DNA of 64,000 nucleotides from an uncultured Methylovirgula sp. (GTDB lineage Bacteria; Pseudomonadota; Alphaproteobacteria; Rhizobiales; Beijerinckiaceae): NCBI GenBank assembly GCA_964644615.1, contig CAZXXA010000011.1, positions 25,816 to 89,815 of the forward strand, read 5' to 3'. Shown piece by piece: positions 56,460 to 64,000 of this stretch (position 1 is its first letter; each line of letters starts with the position of its first letter). The notes under the pieces were generated by a model. It saw only the letters and a program-made list of their open reading frames with translations, ran no database searches and was not told where the DNA came from. The position numbers and the translations under genes were made by a program.

Positions 56460-57992
56460 ATGCCGACACTTGAACAATTTGCCGGGCGCACCGAACGCCA
56501 GACCGAGACCTTTCTCCCGGCCAGGGTACAAGACAACCGGATGGACCAACAAAACTTCCGGACGCCGCCGCACAATATCGAGGCGGAACAGGCCCTCCTG
56601 GGCGCCATCCTGGTCAACAACGACGCGTTCGATCGCGTCTCAGACTTTCTGAAGGCGCAGCATTTCTCGGAAGAGTTGCATCGCCGCATTTTTGACGTCG
56701 CCTCGCAGCTGATTCGCGCCGGCAAGATCGCGACGCCGATCACGCTGAAAACCTTTCTCGGCGATCATGACCTTGGCGGTGTGACGATCCCGCAATATCT
56801 CGCCCGCCTCGCAGCGGAAGCGACGACCATCATCAATGCCGAGGACTACGGCCGCACGATCCACGATCTCGCGGTGCGGCGCGACCTCATCATCATCGGC
56901 GAAGACATCGTCAACGCTGCCTTCGACGCGCCGATCACCGCGCAACCGCGCGAGCAGATCGAAGAGGCTGAGCGCAAGCTCTACTCGATTGCCGAAACGG
57001 GCCGCTACGACGGCGGCTTCCAGCGCTTCTCCGACGCGCTCGCCACCGCCGTCGACATGGCGGCGAAAGCTTGGGAGCGCGATGGGCGCCTCTCCGGCAT
57101 CTCGACGGGATTTCGCGAGCTCGACAGCAAACTCGGCGGTTTACAGGCCTCCGACCTTGTCATCGTCGCGGGCCGCCCCGGCATGGGCAAGACGGCCTTC
57201 GCGACCAATGTCGCCTTCAATATCGCCAAAGCCTATGAATTCCGTGAAAAGCCCGATGGCACACCTGAAACGCTGAACGGCGGCATCGTCGGCTTCTTCT
57301 CGCTCGAAATGTCGGCCGAGCAATTGGCCACCCGTATCATTTCCGAGCAATCCGGGGTGCCGTCGCACAAGCTGCGCCGCGGCGATATTTCCGAAGGCGA
57401 ATTCCATCGCGTCGCAGAGGCGGCGCGCGAGATGCAATCGGTACCCTTTTACATCGACCAGACCGGCGGCATTTCGATCGCGCAATTGACGGCGCGCGCC
57501 CGGCGTCTCAAGCGCCAGCGCGGCCTCGATCTCCTCGTCGTCGATTACTTGCAGCTGCTGTCGGGCAGCCGCTCGCGCGGCGACAACCGCGTGCAGGAAT
57601 TGACCGAGATCACCACCGGCCTCAAGGCGCTGGCGAAAGAGCTGAATGTGCCGATCATGGCGCTCTCGCAGCTGTCGCGTCAGGTCGAAGCCCGCGACGA
57701 CAAACGACCGCAGCTCTCGGATCTGCGTGAATCCGGCTCGATTGAGCAGGACGCCGACGTGGTGATGTTCGTCTTCCGCGAAGAATATTATCTGAAGAAC
57801 AAACAGCCGCGCGAAGGCACCGAGGAATTCCTCGCTTGGCAGACGAGCATGGAGCAGGTCCACGGCAAGGCCGAACTCATCATCGGCAAGCAGCGTCACG
57901 GTCCGACCGGCACGGTCGAACTCGCCTTCGAGGCCGAGATGACGCGCTTCTCGAATCTGGCGCGCGAAGACGATCTGCCCGCCCGGCTCTAG
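56460..57992 (+). CDS. dnaB: Replicative DNA helicase
   Basis: PHNIEAEQALLG, AGRPGMGKT, FSLEMS, SQLSR, LRESGSIEQDAD; alternative start 56541. Confidence 0.98.
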   Translation: MPTLEQFAGRTERQTETFLPARVQDNRMDQQNFRTPPHNIEAEQALLGAILVNNDAFDRVSDFLKAQHFSEELHRRIFDVASQLIRAGKIATPITLKTFLGDHDLGGVTIPQYLARLAAEATTIINAEDYGRTIHDLAVRRDLIIIGEDIVNAAFDAPITAQPREQIEEAERKLYSIAETGRYDGGFQRFSDALATAVDMAAKAWERDGRLSGISTGFRELDSKLGGLQASDLVIVAGRPGMGKTAFATNVAFNIAKAYEFREKPDGTPETLNGGIVGFFSLEMSAEQLATRIISEQSGVPSHKLRRGDISEGEFHRVAEAAREMQSVPFYIDQTGGISIAQLTARARRLKRQRGLDLLVVDYLQLLSGSRSRGDNRVQELTEITTGLKALAKELNVPIMALSQLSRQVEARDDKRPQLSDLRESGSIEQDADVVMFVFREEYYLKNKQPREGTEEFLAWQTSMEQVHGKAELIIGKQRHGPTGTVELAFEAEMTRFSNLAREDDLPARL

Positions 57993-58040
57993 GTCCGCGC
58001 AGCGAGATTTCTGAGTTCAAATCGCCGCCGCTTCGCATCG

Positions 58041-59504
58041 CTATTGTGCGGGTGCTGGTAGCGGCGCCGACGTCACAGGCGTCGGATTGGCGGCTGCGGC
58101 GGCAGCCGGCGCGGCGGCTGGCGGCGGCACAGCCGCCGCAGGCACTGTCCCGGCAGTCGCAGGTGCGGTTCCAGCGGGAGCGGCTCCGGCCGGAGGCGCA
58201 GGGACAGCTCCGGCAGGTGCAGCGGGAGCCCCCGACGGCAGCGGTGTGGTGGTGACCGTCGAATCGATCGGCTGCTTGCCGAGAACGGCCTGCACATCGG
58301 AATCCTGCAGCCGTGACTTGCCGATCTGCATGCCGATGGCACGCACCACGTCTGGCGCATCGGCATACATGCCGTGACCGACAAAGCCGGTCGATTCATT
58401 GGACAGGTCATAGACCTTCACACCGAGCTTATCGAGCGCGACACGGTCGGCTCTCCGGTGCGGATCGAGCGCGCCGACGCGCGGCCGGTCGCCAGCGAGC
58501 CAGCGCGACAGCGACAGCGCCTTGTCCTTCGACGAGACCAAAACTGAGATATGCGAAGTGTCGAGGTGACCGATCTGCTCGCGGAAGACGGAGAGATCGA
58601 TATCGGGTGCGGCGAGCATCACATTGCCGAGTTTGCCGCCGAGATCGGGACTGCCGGCGATCGCGCGCTCGCGCAGCGCCTCCATTGTCAGCCAGGTGCC
58701 GAGCGAATGCGCGAGAATATGGACGCGGCCCACGTCAGGCAATTGCGCGAGATCGCGCAGCACATTGGCGAGCGCATCGCGCGACGCGGCCGCCGTTTCG
58801 CGCGCCGCTTCATAGCCCATGAGATTGTCGCTCGACGGCCAGGTGAAGAGCACCGGCACGCCGCCGAAGCGCCCGTCCTGGACGATCTGCGCCAGGCGGA
58901 ACCGCGCCTCGTCATAGCCCGTGTTGAAGCCATGCACATAGAGCAGCACGTCGCGGTTGGAACCGATCCGGCCGGAAATATGGGTCGCGAGCTCGTTGCG
59001 GAACGCGGATTCGTCGTCGAGATCGCGGCGCGAAGCGACGAGGAAATGCTGATTGGGATCGGGAGAGCCGAAGCTCGGGCGCTCGATCTCGCCGACATGG
59101 TGATGCGGCGGCACACTGATCATCTGCAGCGAATAATGGGCGCCGTCATGGCTCATCTCATTCGCCGCACCGTTCTCGCCGTTGCGGACAGAAGCCACGA
59201 AAATCGCCACCTGATTCGGCACATCGGGCGGCGGCGAAGCGAACATGTCGCCGACCGAGCCCGACACATCCGGCACGCCCATCGACACGCAACCCGCGAG
59301 CAAAGCCGGCAAGGTCAGGGCAACCATGATGTGAAGGAATTGGCGCAGCTGTACCGTCGATCCGCCCAAAACGGCGGCGAAGAAACGGAGCGGAGTGAAC
59401 CCTATCGGGTTTGACGGAAAAAAGGCGCGGCGCATGGGATGGCGGAGGCTCCGCTCGGCGAATTGCGGCAAGATGCAGCGATGACGTCGCCAATGCCGCG
59501 ACAC
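58041..59504 (-). CDS. DUF900-family alpha/beta hydrolase, probable lipoprotein with Pro/Ala tail
   Basis: LLAGC lipobox; LLYVHGFN, FTWPS, AHSLG, AAPDID; true start probably downstream of 59504. Confidence 0.85.
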   Translation of the reverse strand: MSRHWRRHRCILPQFAERSLRHPMRRAFFPSNPIGFTPLRFFAAVLGGSTVQLRQFLHIMVALTLPALLAGCVSMGVPDVSGSVGDMFASPPPDVPNQVAIFVASVRNGENGAANEMSHDGAHYSLQMISVPPHHHVGEIERPSFGSPDPNQHFLVASRRDLDDESAFRNELATHISGRIGSNRDVLLYVHGFNTGYDEARFRLAQIVQDGRFGGVPVLFTWPSSDNLMGYEAARETAAASRDALANVLRDLAQLPDVGRVHILAHSLGTWLTMEALRERAIAGSPDLGGKLGNVMLAAPDIDLSVFREQIGHLDTSHISVLVSSKDKALSLSRWLAGDRPRVGALDPHRRADRVALDKLGVKVYDLSNESTGFVGHGMYADAPDVVRAIGMQIGKSRLQDSDVQAVLGKQPIDSTVTTTPLPSGAPAAPAGAVPAPPAGAAPAGTAPATAGTVPAAAVPPPAAAPAAAAAANPTPVTSAPLPAPAQ

Positions 59505-59703
59505 ATGCCGTCGAAAGGTGACAAGAATGGGACTGCGCCGGCTTTGGTGTGACGGCTGCCATAGGTTCGCCGCTGCGCATTGAAGCAGATCAACGCTTCC
59601 GGCTCGAATTCGATGTAAGTTATTTCACACAAAGCCTATGAAATTCAACTAAGTAGAGCGGATCGCGCCGCAGGCTGGCCCGACAGCAGAAAAGAATGAC
59701 GGT

Positions 59704-60957
59704 TTGGCGCAATCTTTCCCGAATTCATCGTCTCTCGCCGATTATGACGTCGTCGTCATCGGCGCTGGCGCTGCCGGTCTCGCCGCCGGCCATCGACTGG
59801 CGCGTGCCGGAATAAAATTTCGCATTCTCGAAGCGCGTGATCGCATCGGCGGGCGCGCGCACACCGTTCAGCGCGAATATCCGCTCGATCTTGGCTGCGG
59901 CTGGCTGCATTCCGCCGACATCAATCCGTTCGCGACGATTCTGAGCCGGCTTGGATTCACCATCGACAAGACGCCGCCCGCCTGGGGACGGCACAGTCTC
60001 GATCTCGGATTCAACGTAGCGGAACAAGCCGCCTTCGGCCGCGCGATTGGTGCCTTTCAGGAGCGCCTGCACACTTTGGCGCCGACCCTGCCGGATGCAC
60101 CGGCCGCCAATTTTCTTGAGCCGGGCTCCCGATTCAATCCGCTGATTTCTGCGATCTACACCTACATCAGCGGCGCTGAACCAGAAAAGATTTCCGCGCA
60201 TGATCTCGTCAATTACGACGACAGCGAGATCAATTGGCGGGTTGTCGAAGGCTATGGTGCGGGAATCGCGCGCTTCGGCGCCGACCTTCCCGTCACTCTC
60301 GCCTGCCCCGTCCGCAAGCTGGATCATGCGGATAAAATTTTGCGGCTGACGACGCCGCAAGGCACGATCACGGCAGATAAAGTGATCGTCACTCTGCCGA
60401 CCAATCTTCTGGCGCAGGAAGCGCTCGCCTTCGATCCGCCGTTGCCCGACAAAGTCGCTGCCGCTGCGGCGCTGCCCCTGGGACTGGCCAACAAGGTGGT
60501 TCTTGCGCTTGACCGGCCGCTCAGCCTGCCGAAGGACGGCCATGTCTTCGGCCGCGTCGATCGGACGGATACGGCGAGCTATCATCTCAGTCCCTTCGGA
60601 CGGAATCTGATCGAAGCCTATTTCGGCGGCCAGCTCGCCGCCGATCTCGAAGCCGAAGGGCCGAACGCCTTCTATGCCTTCGCCGAGGATGAAATCCGCG
60701 ATCTGCTCGGCTCGGCTTTTCGGCTGCGGCTCCGCCGTGTCTCTGAGACAGCCTGGGGCCGCGATCCATTTGCGCGCGGCGCCTATTCCTATGCCGTGCC
60801 GGGGCACGCCGACGCGCGTCAGGCGTTAGCGGCGCCCGTCGACGACCGTATCTTTTTTGGCGGCGAGGCCTGCTCGCTGCATCATTTTTCGACGGCGCAC
60901 GGCGCCTATATGACCGGTATCGCGGTCGCCGATGCGATCATCGCTGCACAACGGTAA
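59704..60957 (+). CDS. Flavin monoamine oxidase family protein
   Basis: VIGAGAAGLAA, EARDRIGGR, GAYSY, FFGGEA, STAHGA. Confidence 0.92.
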   Translation: MAQSFPNSSSLADYDVVVIGAGAAGLAAGHRLARAGIKFRILEARDRIGGRAHTVQREYPLDLGCGWLHSADINPFATILSRLGFTIDKTPPAWGRHSLDLGFNVAEQAAFGRAIGAFQERLHTLAPTLPDAPAANFLEPGSRFNPLISAIYTYISGAEPEKISAHDLVNYDDSEINWRVVEGYGAGIARFGADLPVTLACPVRKLDHADKILRLTTPQGTITADKVIVTLPTNLLAQEALAFDPPLPDKVAAAAALPLGLANKVVLALDRPLSLPKDGHVFGRVDRTDTASYHLSPFGRNLIEAYFGGQLAADLEAEGPNAFYAFAEDEIRDLLGSAFRLRLRRVSETAWGRDPFARGAYSYAVPGHADARQALAAPVDDRIFFGGEACSLHHFSTAHGAYMTGIAVADAIIAAQR

Positions 60958-61064
60958 AATACAATCCGCAACAGTGCGATTGTTGCTGCGCGCGAGCGAC
61001 CCTACATAGGCTGCAGCCCTTCGCGAAAATCTCAGACCAACTGCGGGCGCGTATTCTTCTGCCG

Positions 61065-62306
61065 ATGGCTTCCAATTATAAGATCCATATCGTCACGTCG
61101 ATCGATGAGGTCGACCCGGCGCGGTGGGATGCCTGCGCCAATCCGCCGGCCGATGATCTCATCGCGCCCGCGATGAGCGCGTGCGGAAGCGCCGAGTTTG
61201 ACGTGCTGCAAGCCGCAAGCAGTTTGCAAAAAGAGCGATTCAATCCCTTCATTACGCATGCTTTTTTGAAGGCTCTTGAAGATTCAGATTCAGTCGGCGG
61301 CCAGTCAGGCTGGACGCCAACTCATGTTCTTGTTGAAGATCAGCTTGGCCGTTTGCGCGCCGCGGCGCCGACCTATTTGAAGACGCATTCGATGGGCGAA
61401 TATGTTTTCGATTACGGCTGGGCTGACGCTTATCACCGTGCAGGCCTGGAATATTATCCGAAGGTGCAGGTCTCCGTACCTTTCACCCCGGCGACGGGGC
61501 GCCGCCTTCTCGTGTCACCCGACGGCGGCGAAGCGGCGTTGAATGCGCTGATCTTGGGTCTACGCAGTTGGCGCGCGAAAATCGATGCGTCATCGATCCA
61601 CGTCACCTTCCCCACCAAACAGGAATGGGATGCGCTCGGCCGCAACGGTTTTTTGCAGCGCACCGGCCAGCAATTCCATTTCATCAATAAGGGCTATGCG
61701 GATTTCGACGCCTTCCTCGCCGATCTGAATTCGCGCAAGCGCAAGATGATCCGGCGCGAGCGCAAGGACGCGCTGGCGGAGGGCGGCATCGAGATCGAGC
61801 TTTTGACCGGCACCGACATCACCGAAGCGCATTGGGACGCCTTCTTCGATTTTTATCAGGATACCGGCAGCCGCAAATGGGGCCACCCCTATCTGACGCG
61901 CGCCTTTTTCTCCGAGATCGGCCAGACGATGCGCGATCACGTGCTGCTCGTCATGGCGAAGCGGCGCAAGCGCTATATCGCAGGTGCAATCAATTTCATC
62001 GGCAAGGACGCCCTCTATGGGCGCAACTGGGGCTGCATCGAGGAGCACCCGTTTCTGCATTTCGAGGTCTGCTACTATCAGGCCATCGACTATGCGATCA
62101 CGCATGGGCTGGCGCGGGTCGAGGCTGGCGCCCAGGGCGAACATAAGCTCGCGCGCGGCTATGTCGCCGTGCCGACCTATTCGGCACATGACATTGCCGA
62201 CAAGCGTTTCGCTCGCGCGATCGACGATTTTCTGGCGCGCGAACGCGTCGCCGTCGATGCCTCGCTCGACGAATATGCGGAGTTGGCGCCGTTTAAGAAG
62301 GGATAA
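61065..62306 (+). CDS. DUF482 / FemAB-related GNAT-fold protein
   Basis: KTHSMGEYVFDYGWA, LYGRNWG, LHFEVCYYQAI, EAGAQGEHK. Confidence 0.9.
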   Translation: MASNYKIHIVTSIDEVDPARWDACANPPADDLIAPAMSACGSAEFDVLQAASSLQKERFNPFITHAFLKALEDSDSVGGQSGWTPTHVLVEDQLGRLRAAAPTYLKTHSMGEYVFDYGWADAYHRAGLEYYPKVQVSVPFTPATGRRLLVSPDGGEAALNALILGLRSWRAKIDASSIHVTFPTKQEWDALGRNGFLQRTGQQFHFINKGYADFDAFLADLNSRKRKMIRRERKDALAEGGIEIELLTGTDITEAHWDAFFDFYQDTGSRKWGHPYLTRAFFSEIGQTMRDHVLLVMAKRRKRYIAGAINFIGKDALYGRNWGCIEEHPFLHFEVCYYQAIDYAITHGLARVEAGAQGEHKLARGYVAVPTYSAHDIADKRFARAIDDFLARERVAVDASLDEYAELAPFKKG

Positions 62307-62330
62307 TGATCACCATGCCCGTCCGGGTAT

Positions 62331-62497
62331 CCTTCTCCCGCTGTGGGAGAAGGTGCCGAGCCATAAAGGCGTCATTTCGACGCCCGTCGCGAACGACGGA
62401 CCATGGCGAGGCGGATGAAGGGTACGCCAGCTGTGTAGTGGCACCCGACCCCTCACCCGGTCGGCTCCGCCGACCACCCTCCCGCAAGGGAAGAGGG
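62331..62497. repeat. REP-like element (CCTTCTCCCG..GGGAGAAGG / GGATGAAGGG / CCCTCACCCG / CCCGCAAGGG) with nested double hairpin
   Basis: Palindromic units of the common Rhizobiales intergenic repeat type, lying between convergent genes. Confidence 0.75.
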
Positions 62498-62505
62498 TTG
62501 CAGAA

Positions 62506-63846
62506 TTACGCAAACACCAGCAGCGATCCGCCATAGATCACCAGCCCGATGACGAGGGCGATCACGCAATAACCCATGATGTCCTTGATGCCGAGGCCCG
62601 CGATGGCCAGGATCGGCAAGGCCCAGAAGGGCTGGACCATATTCGCCGTCTGCTCGCCCATCGCCGTACCCATCGCCGCCATGGCCGGATCGGCGCCAAG
62701 CTTCACGGCGGCCGGCACCAGGAACGGCCCCTGCACCGCCCAATGGCCGCCGCCCGACGGGACGAAGAGGCTGATCAGGTTCGACGCGACAAAGGACCAG
62801 AAGGCGAGCGTCTTCTGCATCGAGAAGGCGACGAAACTCTGCGCCAAGACGCCCGCGAGGCCTGTGTCCGTCATGATCCCCATGATCCCGCCATAGAGCG
62901 GAAATTGCAGGAGGATGGGGCCGACCGTACGGGCGCCGGCATTGAAAGCCCGAACATAGCGGATCGGCCGCCAGTGAAAGAGAAGGCCGAGCATCAGCGC
63001 CAGAAAGATGAAATTGTTCAGATCGAGCGCGAATTTATGCGCGAGGATGAGATTGGCCTCATAGGCGACGCCCATCGCGACGAGAAGCAGCGTGATGACG
63101 GGTGAATTTTCCAAGACGGTTGCGAAGGTCTTCACCGTCTCGGCTTTCTCTTCGCCGGCCTGATCCTCGCGGATCAGCGCTTCCGGATCGACCTTCTTCC
63201 GCTCCTCCTCCGCCGGCCCCATGAAATAGAGCGCGACCGGAATCACGATCACGAGCAGCACGACCGGCACAAGATTGTAGGCGGTGAAGATCGTCGTCGA
63301 GAAAGGCGCAATCTTGCCGGTCTGTTTCTCGATGATGTTGAGCGCATTGCCATGCGTCGCCGAGACCAGTGCGATGGAGCTCGAAAGGCCCGACGCCCAG
63401 GTCATGAAGCCCATATAGGCGGCGGCGACGAGGAAGGCGAAGTCGACATTGCGCAGCCGCTTGCCGATCTCGCGCGCGACGATCGCGCCGATGACGAGGC
63501 CGAAGCCCCAATTGAGCCAGGAGCCGATGGCGCTCGTCAAAAAGACGATGATGGCGGCGGCGGCTTGTTCGCGCGGAATGGCGGCGAGCCGCTCCAACAG
63601 CCGTTTGATGAAGGGCGCATTGGCGAGCGCCACGCCGGTCGTCAGCACCAGCGCCATTTGCAGCGCAAAGGCGAGGATGGCCCAAAGGCCCTTGTACCAG
63701 GCATCGATGATTTTGATCCCGCCGGCAGGCGTCCAGATCAGCGCCGCGATGACGGTGATGAAAGTGAGCAGAACGGCGTAGAGATAAGGATCTGGAATAT
63801 AGCGTTCCGCGTAGCGCACGCAGAGCCGCGTCGTTGCGCGTAGCAT
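62506..63846 (-). CDS. atoE: Short-chain fatty acid transporter (AtoE family)
   Basis: RYAERYIPDPY, FALQMALVL, LNWGFGL, FVPSGGGHWAVQGP, MVQPFWALP. Confidence 0.92.
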   Translation of the reverse strand: MLRATTRLCVRYAERYIPDPYLYAVLLTFITVIAALIWTPAGGIKIIDAWYKGLWAILAFALQMALVLTTGVALANAPFIKRLLERLAAIPREQAAAAIIVFLTSAIGSWLNWGFGLVIGAIVAREIGKRLRNVDFAFLVAAAYMGFMTWASGLSSSIALVSATHGNALNIIEKQTGKIAPFSTTIFTAYNLVPVVLLVIVIPVALYFMGPAEEERKKVDPEALIREDQAGEEKAETVKTFATVLENSPVITLLLVAMGVAYEANLILAHKFALDLNNFIFLALMLGLLFHWRPIRYVRAFNAGARTVGPILLQFPLYGGIMGIMTDTGLAGVLAQSFVAFSMQKTLAFWSFVASNLISLFVPSGGGHWAVQGPFLVPAAVKLGADPAMAAMGTAMGEQTANMVQPFWALPILAIAGLGIKDIMGYCVIALVIGLVIYGGSLLVFA

Positions 63847-64000
63847 TATGTCCCCCTGCCGGCACGTCAGCCGCGCTGCTTGGGCAAACGGCCTATCTTC
63901 ATGCGCCTGGAAAAATCTACGCTGGCATCCGGCGCCGGACAAGCTGCGCCGTCAGTGCTGCACAGGCGGTCTTCAGCGAGCCAAGGTCCGCCCATATGCG

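Overview
GC-rich alphaproteobacterial chromosome segment; gene order and repeat style suggest Hyphomicrobiales, Beijerinckiaceae-like (inference). About 18.5-64 kb is mostly core genome: recJ, glpX, hom, ahpCD, holC-pepA, lptG-lptD-surA-pdxA-rsmA, gmk-yicC-mltG-fabF-acpP-fabG-fabD, rpsF-rpsR-rplI, dnaB. The first 18 kb, downstream of a tRNA-Glu, is accessory. Its highlight is a 13 kb signalling or conflict cluster. On the + strand, a truncated TIR-like gene is coupled to a membrane-anchored nSTAND1 NTPase with a Cys-less rhodanese domain. It converges on a - strand run of: a 2TM-RCK-RCK-RyR-SLOG-like channel, a sigma factor with a duplicated sigma2 region, a zinc-less anti-sigma, a TPR non-RD Ser/Thr kinase, an FHA-TM-trypsin protease, a secreted lectin-like protein and a secreted 13-residue-repeat protein. 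Other anomalies: lptF is absent from its usual site, which holds about 0.9 kb of hairpin-rich non-coding DNA; a 40-codon kaiC relic ends on the start of an HWE kinase; a DoxX gene has two compensating frameshifts; and an ArsC has a Cys-to-Ser change. All family calls come from motif recognition by eye, with no database searches.
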